Shown: positions 48,440 to 60,235 of the stretch, one piece after another | How the letters are laid out: every line of letters starts with the position of its first letter | Position numbering within the stretch: position 1 is the first letter of the stretch | The notes under the pieces: model-generated | Told to the model about the DNA's origin: nothing | The model's database searches: none | The model's input: only the letters and a program-made list of their open reading frames with translations | Assembly: GCF_000143415.4 (NCBI RefSeq) | Contig: NW_003314371.1 | Location: 472,788 to 536,787 of the forward strand | Length of the DNA stretch: 64,000 nucleotides | From: Selaginella moellendorffii | Taxonomy: Eukaryota; Plantae; Lycopodiophyta | Direction of reading: 5' to 3' | Made by a program: the position numbers and the translations under genes

Positions 48440-48790
48440 TCCTCGAGGTCCGAAACACTCTCGCAGCCTATATCCCCATCGTGTAACTGGCATGCAGTGA
48501 AGGCCGTCCAGGCAACATTGTCGCATGGCGGGCCAAATCCTTGGCGAGCACCCACTCGCACCACACACCCCGCCGACCAGCACGCTGCTCTAGTGTGGCA
48601 GCACGCCAAAGTCGATGCAGCGCCATCCGGGGTCCAAATCGCCGCAGTGCTTGCAAGCGAGAAGAGCGCTCAAGAACGATGTCTCATAGGGCCAAACCGA
48701 CGTAGCAGCACGCTTGCAATCCCCACAGCTCGAGCACCACGCTATCATGGGGCACTGTGTCCAAGACTATCAAGCAACCGGAACGTCCGA
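48440..48790 (-). pseudogene. PPR 3' fragment, decayed paralog of 54452-56155
   Basis: Collinear with 54440-54830 but with deletions (..VAWTAFTACQLHDGDIG). Confidence 0.7.
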
Positions 48791-49749
48791 TCCTGGCAGT
48801 TCAGACGTTTCTTTCTGGCATTCTCACAAAGGTGGCCTCCGCTTCCAGAAGATAGATATATGCACAGGCGGTCCGTCTGGAGTCCGAGGTAGTGGACAAA
48901 ACGCCCGTGGTCGTGAAGATGCTGGCTGGAGCTGGATTCGTGGGCGATGCCAGGAACGTTTTTGAGAGCTGCAAGAGTTCGCGTAAGGATCCGGTGTCGT
49001 GATCAAGGCGTATGCACAGCATGGAAACATGGCGGAAGTTATCGATATTTTCCGGGGACCGTCACCTTAGTGAGTGCATTCTCATCGCTTGCAGCCGGGC
49101 CGGTTTGCTGGAGGAATCCATCTACCAGTTTGGATCTATGAGCTCGGATCACTGGCTCGCTGGGTGTAAGATCCACAGAACGAGCGAGGAAACTCTGAGA
49201 AGGATGGAGTCCCGGTCGGGCGGGCTGTGGAGACGAGGAAGAGGGTGCTCTCGTCTAACCGGGGCGGGAAGAGTGTCGTGCTCGTGGGATTGTTCGATCC
49301 GAGGCGAGCAAGCAGCAGATTGATCAGGATTCGCTCGTCATTCTCACCAGATGCCCGAAGATGAAGATCCAGCATCCGGTGGAAGACAAGAGTTGCTCCC
49401 CCGGAAGAGGTGTGACTATTTTCTCCGCCTGTGATCTCTTGTCCATGTGGATTGGATTGGCCAAAAAGAACACAAAGTTCCTCTTTGGGTTCCTTTAGAT
49501 TTGGAAGAAGAAATATTTGTCCACTACTGACGTACACTATCATCCGGAACAACAAGCCTGGTGGATTTAGCTCAAGGACGACGAGCTGCTGAACACTAGC
49601 ACCAAGAGCATCCCAAGAGAAGCTGTGGCGGAAGTGTGCGTCCAGGTACTCACAGCTGAGAAAGTCTAGCACTACTTTCGCTGAAGACCAAGTATCAAAG
49701 AGTGATGAAGCTAGAATCGAATGATCTACGATGGTTGCTGGCTCTAAAC

Positions 49750-50550
49750 ATTGGCCACGATCGAGCAAGCTCCAACCACGCTACTTCCATCACTACTTAG
49801 CAGCGAATCACCCGGCAAAGTCATCCAAGTCACAGGAGGCATCGCCCTAAAAACAAGAGAGGGGCTGGGGGTAGATCTGAGCATCTTTGGGGATGTCAAA
49901 GTTCTGCGAACGAGTACCTACGTGGTCCGTTGTGGAGATGGATCATGTGGCACTGTTGTTGATCCACAGAATACTTTCATGGTGACCATAGTGGGTGGGT
50001 TGTGGGGAAAGAGGTGAAAGTTTACCAGCAGGGGAACGAAGTAAAGATCATGTCCTAATCAGATTTGGTACTTCTCAAGTCTAATGGCCAAAGCATGCTT
50101 GCTCCAGTGGTTAACATTGAGGACCCAATCAGCCTATGTGGCATGAAATATATGTTAATTGGGTTATCAGGGCGAAATGCTAGTCTCCTTCCACGGGAAG
50201 GCATTCTCCAAGGCCACGCTCGCATGGATTCATTTATGATAGGTAAGCTCACTTTGCTTTCATTCTTTCTAATGTTATAGAACAAATGTAGGTTCGAGTG
50301 GGTCAAGCAAAGGTGACTCTGGTGGTGGTGTATTCGACATCAACAACCCCAGGATTTTATTGAATATTGGACACAGTCCCAGCATCACAGATGCGGTTCA
50401 AGATCGATAGCGGCATGGATAGTACCAGGTCAAGCAATCAAGGCACCATGATCACGCTCTTCTGTCTATTTATGTTCTATCTACGTTTGCTTTTTATTCA
50501 TAGTTATTCAGATTTTCTAGTGTGCTATGTTTACTTTTCAGCGTTGTAAT
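49750..50550 (+). pseudogene. Probable decayed trypsin-like serine protease gene
   Basis: CGTVV, DLVLLK, and, after a GT-AG intron at 50243-50291, GSSGSSKGDSGGGVFD (GDSGG at 50312-50326). The frame is broken near 50020-50060. Confidence 0.4.
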
Positions 50551-50685
50551 TGATTAAGTGTGCTGTCCTTCGTTTATTCACTTGGCTCGACCGGATGTGC
50601 CGGAGCCGCTCCAGCCGTTTCAAGTTAAACTTGCCTTGAATTTAGAGTTGCACGCTAGATTTGTTACGATTACCTGAAAGATGTC

Positions 50686-51567
50686 ATAGGGGAATCTGGG
50701 CTGGGCGTACACGGAGCATCGCTCGCTCGATGAATCGATTGATCATAAGCTGTGCATCATCAAACCGGACAACAACGAGATGTGTAACCTGGGCATCTGC
50801 TTGATCAAGCAATGTTGCGTGGACGAGGACAAAGTGCTACTCAAGAGCATAACGAAGGTATCCTCAGATAATCTCAGGGGCGTAGAATTGCATTTTAAGA
50901 CTTACGAAATAGCACAGGAGATGGAGAAAGGACAGCAACATCAGGCGTAACACTTGCCAAGCATTGGCATTTTGCGTCTTTGTGCCCACGCTCCCCAGCT
51001 CGAGCAAGAGATTGAAATCCCCTCCAGCAGCAAACCCAGCCGGAAAGCCAGCAGATGCCCACGTACGATTCCTGGGACTACGAAGAGGAGGAGGAGTATA
51101 ATCTTGATCTTGCGGTAGAGGCGCTCAAGAAGAAGCTGGAGCTGCTGTGCGTCAATGCAAACTCCAATGCCAAACAACAGCCTAAACTTCTCCGCCATCG
51201 CCAAAAGTTATTTCTTATTCATTCTCCTGATGGTCGATCGACCCATGATGGCTCTCGTTTTGGTTGCAGCAGCTCCTCGTGGCAATACTTCTCTACGACC
51301 ACCACCCGGAATCTCCAAGTCGGCGGCTTCCTCTCCCGTAAAGCAGCAGCTGCTTAGCGGAGGAGCTAGGGATGATCGCAAGGCCACCGCCCTCGAGTTC
51401 TTTCACCTCTTCGTCATTCCAGGAGCAATTGCAGCAGCTGCAGGAGCAGAACCGGCTACTTTGCGTGTTCCAGGACATCACCGCCACCACCAGCCCTCTT
51501 GCTCGTTAATGGGTTTATCGCTCCCATCAGCGATGCGACACCTCAGTCGCTCAGATCTGTGTCTTTA
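50686..51567 (+). pseudogene. Inverted, decayed duplicate of the 3' half of the MS5/SDI1-like gene
   Basis: GNLGWAY, PDNNEMCNLGICL, MPTYDSWDYEEEE, LKKKLELLCVNANS and LRVFQDITATTSPLAR, with deletions and frameshifts. Confidence 0.85.
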
Positions 51568-51822
51568 AAATTTGTAGCGATTCCTTCTTAAGCAAACGGA
51601 AATTGCCACAAATGCTCCACAATATCCTCGGCGTACATGAAGCCAGAACTTAAGATTGATTAAGAAAACTCTTGCCGTTCACATGTATGCAGAACATGCA
51701 GGATGGATCTCTTTCGTCCTTGGCTACGTAGAGCCTATTTTGCACAGTTGAAGCTCTTCCATGTTAATCTCGAAGTCCAAAATTTAGTTCAGTAACTATT
51801 CGCTTATCAAACGACCACCTTT

Positions 51823-52790
51823 CTATGCCATGGTAGGCCGATACTGTGCCACCGCCTGGAGTCGCCCTGGGTATTTTACTCGGTACCAGTCCTTCTTGTA
51901 GGCCTCCATGAAAAACACCGTGGCGTTGTCGATGGGGAGCCCATAGACACTACCATCCTCGTCTGTCCTGACAACAATCCCACTCACCCTGAGCTCCTTG
52001 GCCGAGTCCCATCTCACGATAATATCGCCCGTTTGGACACCAGGTACGATGCCAGCCGGTTCATTTGATAGGTAGAGCTTCTTGATGATCGCAGGGAGCT
52101 CAACTCCCCCAGCCCCATCCTGCGCCCGCCGCACAAAAACTGCCTCTTCGTTTTGAGGCCCACCCGGCATGAGGGGCACCCCAGGCAGTTTCAGCTGAAT
52201 CAGAAAAACAGCCAATCAGGGTGAATCAGGATTTTGAAGCAGCAGCTTACAGGTTCCAAGAGCTCAACAGCAGCCACCCAGGGGTGCACCAGGGAAACAA
52301 CTTCGCCTTTCACAGTCTGCCCATTGATCGTCACAGTAACTTCTTCGCCTTCCTTCCACACAATCGTGTCTTTGTAGCCCACAACGATGCACGTCGGTTG
52401 TGGGCTCAGTGCTAAGGTCGTATCAGGGAGTCCAATGAAGAGTGCAGTACCTTTATTGTCACAGGTGCCCACAAACCGCAGCAGATCCAATGCGCCAGGA
52501 GGCGGGTTCACAGCCGTCGTCACAGAGAAAGAACCAGATACTATGGAGGTCGTCATGGAGGAAGAACCAGATACCATGGAGGTCGTCATGGAGGAAGAAC
52601 CAGAAACCATAATCTTCATATGCGCCTCTATTTGCTGTGAAAGCTAATGAGGTTGTCATTCCCAATCGAAGCTATTTACTTACCTCAAGTTTCCTCTGCA
52701 TCTCATCCAGCCTCGCATCCAGATTCTTCCGCTGCATCTCATCCAGCTTCTTCCGCTGCATCTCATCCAGATTCTTCCGCTGCATCTGAA
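51823..52790 (-). CDS. Uncharacterised protein: coiled-coil repeats, S/T linker and divergent trypsin-like fold; start uncertain
   Basis: Spliced reading MQRKNLDEMQRKKLDE..KLE|LSQQIEAHMKIMVSGSSSMTTS..GTALFIG..|DLAVFLIQ..GVQTGDIIV..VSGIVV..YGLPID, with canonical splice sites. The fold assignment rests on motif spacing only. Confidence 0.45.
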
Positions 52791-52869
52791 AGCAGCAGCA
52801 ACCTGAAGGACAAGGCACGAGTTATAGGAACGCAAGGGCTCAGTTCCTGCAAGCTTCATACCGACAAAA

Positions 52870-53430
52870 CTTTAGGGCACCCCACCTAGAAATAGCAACT
52901 TGCGCTCATTGAGATTTTGGAACTTGCGCGCATGAGTACCAAGACGGCTTCACGGACATACATTGACTGATCTCTCGCCTGTGGGCAAGCGACGGAGATG
53001 CTCCGACTTGAATATGGTATTCTTCTCGGCATCAAAGTTCTTGTAGCTGATATCATGGACATGTCATTCAAGGACGCGAGCTTCGAGGTCGTGATCGGGT
53101 ATGATACAGAGACTTTTAAATCCGATCAAAATCAAAGGAAGGATGGGTTTCAAACAGGATGTTCTCTTCGTGGACAGCGGGAGTCCCACCCCAAGAGTTG
53201 GCGCGACACTCAAAGAGGTACACCGAGTTTGGTCAGGCAAGAAAGACTTTGCGTTCCACTATTATTTTTATACGATGAGAAAGGTTGTCCCTTTTCTCAA
53301 ACTTTAGAACGCAACGTTTCACCAGAGAAAGATTTCGAGACTCTCTGGAAAGCACAAGCATTGACATGGTGCAGGAGCAAAGAGATTACTTCATGACAAC
53401 CATGATGATCGACGACAAGAAAACCATTGA
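52870..53430 (+). pseudogene. Decayed copy of the EEF1AKMT4-like methyltransferase
   Basis: GIKVLVADIMDMSFKDASF, DVLFVDSG, ATLKEVHRV and FHYYFY, with deletions. Confidence 0.8.
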
Positions 53431-53627
53431 AAGAAGCTACTGGAGGCTTCACAGTAGGAAGAGGATTCACAGGAGGAGGGTTCGTAGCCGTCGTCACAGA
53501 GCCTGTCATTCCCAATTCAAGCTATTTACTTACCTCAAGTTTCCTCAGCATGTCATCCAGCTTCTGCTCAATCTTGCTCGCAAACAGCTCTGCACTCGTC
53601 TTGCTCGTAATTCACGCTAACAGCCTC

Positions 53628-54425
53628 AGGGCACCCAGAGCCGGTGAGCGATCGTAGCAACCTTGACGGATCATCTTCCTCACAGGGTTTCCAGACTCCA
53701 GCGTTTGATTCATGCTCACGGTACGAGTTCATTCACAGCGAGCGGATTATCTGGAAGGGAACTTGGATGTGGCAACTCGCGCACGATATGTACCAAGATG
53801 GCTTCACAGACATCACAGCGACTGATCTCTCGCCTGGAGCGGAAGCGACGGAATGCTCCGACTTGTGGCATTCCTGGCATCACATGCCACTCAAGGACGC
53901 GAGCTTCGACATTGTGATCGAGAAGGTAGGATACAAAGATAGTGTTTGGCTTTTAGATCGGATCAAAACTAAAGGAAGGATGGGTTTTAAAGAGGATGTT
54001 CAGCGGGAGTCCCTGAGATCCCGAGATGACGCGACGCTCAATGGGGTACACGGAGTTCTTGAAGCAATGATCTTTTCATCTCTATCGCATTTGGCAAGAT
54101 CGAAAACTTGGATCTTAGAGCTGCTCTCTTCTGACTCTTTGCCTTAAGCCTCACCTATTTCGAGGCCAGTGGCTTCGAATGGTCCATGGAGTACTCAACC
54201 TTTGGAGACTCGTTCCACTATTATTTTTATAAGCTAAGAAATGTTGTCTCTTTCCTCCCCGATCAAACTTTAAAACGCTCTAACATCAGGGAATGGCCAG
54301 AAAGGTTTTGCTTCGAGAGTCGACGGAAATCACAAGCAATGAGATGGTGCAGGAGCAAATGCATGACGAAGATTATCTCATGAGAACCATGATGATCAAC
54401 GACGACAGAACCACGTCCAGGTGAT
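53628..54425 (+). pseudogene. Second decayed copy of the EEF1AKMT4-like methyltransferase
   Basis: DMYQDGFTDITATDLSP, DASFDIVIEK and MEYSTFGDSFHYYFY, with frameshifts; the ATG is lost. Confidence 0.8.
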
Positions 54426-54451
54426 CGATCATTCCAAATGTCCTCAAAGTT

Positions 54452-56155
54452 TCAGAGTTTCTCTTGGGCTATATCCCCATCATGTAACTGGCATGCAGCC
54501 AGGAAGGCCGTCCAAGCAACATGGTCGCACGGCAAGCTCTGGGCCACATCCTTGGCGAGCTCCATCTCCCCGGACTTTGCGAGTAGCTCCAGCACGCAGC
54601 TGTAGTGTGGATTGCCTGGCAGCACTCCAAAGTCGAGGCTGGCGGAGACGAAGCAGCGCCATCCGGCATCCAAATCGCCGCAGTGTTTGAAAGCAAGAAG
54701 AGCGCTCAAGAACGATGTCTCATCGGGGACTTCTCCAGCCAAGACCATCTCGTGCCAAACCGACGTAGCAGCACCCTTACAATCCCCACAGCTCGAGCAC
54801 CACGCTATCATGGTGTTCCACGATACCAAGTTTCGGATGGGCATTCTGTCGAAGACTAGAACCAAGCGGTCGAGGTGACCGGCGCGTCCAAAAGCAGCGA
54901 TACTGGCAGTCCAGGCCGTGACGTTTCTTGCAGGCATTCTCGCAAAGGTGGCCTCCGCCTCCATAAGATGCCCATTGTAGATATAACCCGCTAAGAGGGC
55001 GTTCCAAGAGACCACGTCGGGAGCCTCTGTGGTATCAAACAATACCTTTGCTTGCTCGACATGCCTGGCTCGGGCATATGCTGTCAGCATTGAGTTTACG
55101 GTGACTGTAGTCCGTTCCGGCATAGTTTCAAACACACGGCTTGCCTCCTCAACTTTACCAGATTGGGAGTATACTTGCAAGAGCAAAGTCCATGACACCA
55201 CGTTAGTTTCTGGCATTTTCGTAAACAACATTTCTGTTGCTTTACAAAACCCATTTTCGGCAAATGCTCTAAGGAGTATGTTATATGACACTAAGTTTCT
55301 TACTGGCATTGTGCTAAACACGTTCATGCAAGAATCCAAATCACCACTAACTAAGTAACCACTTATCATGATGTTCCAGGACACTATATTTCTTTCGGCC
55401 ATGCTCTTGAACAACGCTTCTGACTTACGCATATCGAGGCTTTCGCCATATGTGGCAAGCAAGGAGTTACAAACCATGAGGTTTTGTACAGGCATATCCA
55501 AGGAAATCGCTAACACCATATCCACATCACGTACTTCAGACAGCGCTTGCATCAGTGTCGCGCAAGAAACCACGTCCCTCTCGGGCATTCTCGAAAAGAT
55601 TATCTTTGTTTGTTCAAGCTGCCCACTCAAGGCATATGCTGAAAGGAGAGCGTTCCAAGACACTAGATCGTGCTCAGCCATTTCGTCAAAGACATGCTTG
55701 GCTTGCTCCAGCTGACCATTATTTGCAAAACCCGTGATTTTTGTGTTCCATGAAAGAATGCTAAACTCCGGCATGCGCTGCGCTAACGCTTCCATTTCCG
55801 ACAGGTACCCGGAATTGGCATTTGCAAGCAGTATCACATTCCAAGCCACCACATTTGTCAGCGGCATCGCACCGAACAAGAGCATCGCCTCGTGAACGCA
55901 GCCACTGTGGGCATACGCAGCGAGGATGGCAGTCCATGAGAAAAGGTTTGGAACGCGAATGGAATCGAAGACCGCCCGAGCGTCGATGATGCTTCCACAT
56001 CGATCGTAGGTTCCTATGAGCAAGTTCGCCAGGAACTTCTCGTGCCGCAGTGCTGGGTTCTGGGAAATGCAACTGTGGATGCGTCTGGCATCCACCAAGT
56101 CACTGCATTTGTGGAGAAGGCTGGCCAGCTCGGGTCGGGATGTATTTGCCACCAT
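54452..56155 (-). CDS. PLS-class PPR protein (567 aa, intronless) with partial E domain
   Basis: Repeated ..MPERxVVSWNxLLxAY.. motifs, then PDETSFLSALLAFKHCG and HYSCVLELLAKSG. Confidence 0.9.
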   Translation of the reverse strand: MVANTSRPELASLLHKCSDLVDARRIHSCISQNPALRHEKFLANLLIGTYDRCGSIIDARAVFDSIRVPNLFSWTAILAAYAHSGCVHEAMLLFGAMPLTNVVAWNVILLANANSGYLSEMEALAQRMPEFSILSWNTKITGFANNGQLEQAKHVFDEMAEHDLVSWNALLSAYALSGQLEQTKIIFSRMPERDVVSCATLMQALSEVRDVDMVLAISLDMPVQNLMVCNSLLATYGESLDMRKSEALFKSMAERNIVSWNIMISGYLVSGDLDSCMNVFSTMPVRNLVSYNILLRAFAENGFCKATEMLFTKMPETNVVSWTLLLQVYSQSGKVEEASRVFETMPERTTVTVNSMLTAYARARHVEQAKVLFDTTEAPDVVSWNALLAGYIYNGHLMEAEATFARMPARNVTAWTASIAAFGRAGHLDRLVLVFDRMPIRNLVSWNTMIAWCSSCGDCKGAATSVWHEMVLAGEVPDETSFLSALLAFKHCGDLDAGWRCFVSASLDFGVLPGNPHYSCVLELLAKSGEMELAKDVAQSLPCDHVAWTAFLAACQLHDGDIAQEKL

Positions 56156-56275
56156 CTTTTCATGTTGCTTGGCTTGTGACTGATCATATCATGTTTATTT
56201 ATATGCTTTTGGCATCCGTGGCAGTGGGACTCTTGCCAGATGTCGCTACACAGATACGTACTTACATGGTTAAAG

Positions 56276-57000
56276 ATGATTGAAACTTTGTCAATGGACC
56301 TAACGATCGTGTTGTGCTCCTCAACTTTCATCATTCTCTTGGTTGTTTGGAGTTACAAGGTGTGCACAAATCTTCTACCAAGTCCATGGGGATCGGCACT
56401 TGCTCAGAGGAATATATTAAGTGGTGTTGTTTCAAGCCAGGAGCTAGTCAAGGAGCGCTTCACTTTGGTCAATTTTGTCCCTTGGTATTTGAGATGGCTG
56501 GTTGGTGGATTCCCCAGCACAAAGGTGTGCATGCAAAGCCAGACAAGTTCTTGTAAAAGATTGTGGACGAGCACAAAGGCAGCACCCGGGAATGCCTTCC
56601 TTGACACCACGCTCCTCTTCTTTGGTGAGGGAACACAAGGAAACTTGCATAGAAGTGTCAAAGTTTTTTGTGGGGTTTCTTTCAGGACATGTTTGCTGCC
56701 AGAACTGATTCATCTGTTGTTCCAAGCGAGTGGCTGCTGAAGCGGTACTGCAAAAGCCTCGGGGCTTAGCATGAGCTCAAGAGGAGCTTGACAGGGTTGT
56801 GGGAAATGCGAGAATTTTGAGAGAGTCAGATTTCTCCAAGCTGGAATACCTTGGAACAATCATCAAGGACACATTTACAATCCTTGGTGGCTATGAGATT
56901 CCCAAAGGAACCACAGCTTGCTGTTAATGTGTTGGCGGTGCAAATGGATCCCCACCCTATTTCTACCCAACCTTTGAGCCAAGACTTTTTGATCTCTGGC
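56276..57000 (+). pseudogene. Heavily deleted cytochrome P450 pseudogene, paralog of 58422-59959
   Basis: Membrane anchor, PSPWG, VSSQELVKE, NFVPWYLRWL, FFGEGTQG, KLEYL..IIK and GGYEIPKGT remnants. Confidence 0.75.
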
Positions 57001-57029
57001 TTTTGATTATTTACATCACCTACCATATG

Positions 57030-58100
57030 TGAATATAGTTTATTAAACCCTCTTAGGGTTTTAAAAGTTGATCATTTTAATTTAATATTTTTATATGTTA
57101 TTACTTTTAGCATGTGTTAGTAATTCTTTTATCCCTTTTTAGAGACTTGTTTATCAATTAGTTCATTTTAGTCTTTCAAATGCTTCTTTAAGTATTTCAT
57201 TTGTGCTTTAGATTTTTCAAACTAAAGCTTTTAGTTCAAACATATTACACTTATTTAAATTTTACCTCTCAACCATTTCTATAGGCCATATATTTAGTTT
57301 TACTTTGAGACTTAAAAATTTGTGTTTTACAGTTAAATGATTCCATTGATAAAGAATCTGTTAAAATTAAAAGATTGACAACTTACATAAAGTAGAAAGT
57401 AATATATATCATAATACATGATATTGACTTGGAGGCCATAAAGGGTAGTCAAAAAGTAAAGATCCTTTAGATTTAAATATCAAGAGATAAAATTAAAATA
57501 TAATACTTTATTATAAGTTGTTAAAGATATAAAATGTGATTAACATTGCATCCTTTAGTATAATACCTTTATACTATCTAAAGAATGTTTCCCCTTTTTA
57601 CCAAATCTATTTTAAAATAAAGGAGAAAGTTTTTTAGATACAAGGATAAAAAATTTGCATAAAGAATGCAAGGATAAAAGAAGTAACATTTAAGTTAAGA
57701 AAAGTTTGAGTAAAAGTAGAAATTAGCATAAAAGAAAATAAACTTCCAAAATAAAAATTAAAGTAAAATATACAAATTAAGTAAAATTTTAATGAAAATG
57801 CAAAGGTATTGCATCCTAAGTGATAATAAAGTGGTACATATGTGTTGTCTAGACCATGAATACAATTAAAATTATATTTTAATTAACATAGGATATAAAA
57901 CATGACATAAAGATGTATGAATGTTCTCTAGATTGAAGACAAAAGAATCTACACTAGAAAACAATAAAAACTGTTTAAAAGTATTATAGAAATTAATGAA
58001 TAATAAAGAGATCTTGGTTGTTACTATTATTTGAAGTAAAATTTCATTATAGCTCATAGTAAACCACTTAAAACAAAGCATCTCCAAACAAAGAATATTT
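57030..58100. other. Very AT-rich non-coding block of unknown origin
   Basis: Sharp composition shift, T-rich then A-rich. I could not support any ORF or terminal repeats. Confidence 0.3.
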
Positions 58101-58421
58101 TTGGCTCAATTTTTGCAAATATTCTATTGGATCAAACAAGTTACTAAATTCCTACAAACCCATTTGATTTTGTGGGCTAAGAACAAGGTACCACCTTTTT
58201 CTTGGCTTCAAAAGTTTCTAATGAACAAGTGGAAACTTCTGGCTAAGAATTGTGTGTGCTTTTGAAATAACAGCTCACTGGGTCCTTTGGAACTCTCATG
58301 TTATTGGAAGGACTCAATGTGGGCCAATCAAGGCGACTTAGACTGGTACAAGGTGGCTACTAACCATTCTCTGTAGTCCAATTTAAATAGTTGGGCACCA
58401 TTAACACAAGCACCCACAGAA

Positions 58422-59959
58422 ATGGATCTAGCACTTCTTGTGAGCTCTGCAGCTTTCATCACTCTCTTGGTCTTGTGGTTCTGGAAATCTTCCTCAAATC
58501 TTCCACCAGGTCCATGGGGATTGCCCCTGATTGGCCACTTACACTTGCTAGCAGGAATGCCCCCACACAGAGCATTCCAACGCATAGCCAAGAAGTATGG
58601 TCCTATTACTTCATTGAGGCTGGGAATGATCCCAACCGTGGTGATTTCCAGCCAAGAGCTTGCCAAGGAGATCTTCACCACACACGATCTAAATTTTGCT
58701 TCCAGGCCATACTTGGTTTTAGGTGACCACTTCAGCTATAACTTTTCTGGAATTGGAACCAGTCCCTATGGAGAGCTATGGCGAAACACCCGCAAGCTGT
58801 GTACAATGGAGCTCTTCACGGCCAAGTGTATTGACTCCTTCTCTTGGGTCAGAAGGGATGAGCTTTCTCGTACCTTGGAGTGGATTTTGAAGGACCATGG
58901 CGATGACAAACCTGTGGAGGTGAGAAAAGTGGCCAGTGTTTTCTCCTTCAACATCACATCACGAATTTTGATGAGCAAGAGGTACTTTGGTGATGAAAAC
59001 GTAGATGCCCATGCCATGGAATTCAAGGAGCTCAATGACAAAGTTCTTGAGCTGGCGATCAATCCCTGCATTAGCAACTTGGTGCCCTGGTACTTGAGAT
59101 GGCTGGACTGGCAGATTCCTCGCTACAAGCGAATCCATGCCAAGCAAGACGAGTTCTTGCAGAAGATTGTTGAGGAGCACAAGGAGACGACACGGGAATG
59201 CAAGGACTTCCTCGATATCATGCTCGACTTCTTTGGAGCAGGGACACAAGGGGAGACTTACGTAAAGGCGAATCTCATAGTAAGCTTTGCAAAACTTCTC
59301 CTTGATTGCTTATTTCTTATGCTACAAATGCCCAGGAGATGTTAATGGCTGGTACTGATACCATCACCACCGTGAGCGAGTGGCTCATGGGTGCAGTGAT
59401 GCACAATCCTCGAGTCATGGCCAAGCTCCACGAGGAGCTCGACAGTGTTGTGGGCAACACTCGGATGGTGCAAGAGTCGGACCTCCAAAAGCTCGAGTAC
59501 CTCCAGATTGTCCTCAAGGAATCACTCAGACGCTATCCTCCGGGAGCCTTACTCATACCGCGCATCTCAAGCCAAGCAGCAACCGTTGGCGGCTTTCACG
59601 TTCCAAAAGGGACCACTCTCCTGGTGAATGCATGGGCGATTGGAATGGATCCGGCAGTGTGGGAGAATCCCACACAATTCCACCCGGAGCGCTTCTTGGG
59701 GAGCTCCATCGATGTCAAAGGCCAAAACTTTGAGCTCCTCCCGTTTGGATCTGGGCGGAGACAGTGTCCGGGAATGGGCATGGGATTGCGATCAGTGGAG
59801 CTGCTCGTGGCAAATCTCATCCATGGCTTCGACTGGAGCTTTGTGCCTGGGACAACGCCGTCCATGGAAGATGTTTTCTTCACTACTGCGCAGCTCAAGA
59901 CCCCATTGCAAGCCATGGCGACTCCAAGGCTCCCCAAGGAGGTCTACATCAAAGTTTAG
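58422..59959 (+). CDS. Cytochrome P450, CYP71 clan, intact, one intron 59280-59335; paralog of 24536-26110
   Basis: PPGPWGLPLIGHLHLLA, WRNTRK (WxxxR), NLVPWYLRWLDW, AGTDT, KESLR, PERF, FGSGRRQCPG. Confidence 0.93.
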
Positions 59960-60235
59960 AGATCACTTAGTGGACTTTGCCACAAAGACTATTCTACTCG
60001 TATTAAATAGCTGGTTTTTCCATGTCTATATGCTCATATGTAGGCTTTTGGATTGCAGCAATATGTTTGTCAGATCCAAATTCCAAGGAGTCCTCAAAGC
60101 CTCGCTCGATCAATCCAAAAGAGTCTCCTTCTCATTTATGTACTAAGTAAGCATCTACAAAGGTTGGAAGAGATTTTCTTCCACTGTGAAAGAAAGGAGA
60201 CACCGATAAAAAGAGGCCCACGAAAGCTTTGCTTG

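Noticed and set aside
57030-58100. DNA transposon or MITE in the AT-rich block
   Set aside because: No terminal inverted repeats or TSD that I could verify.
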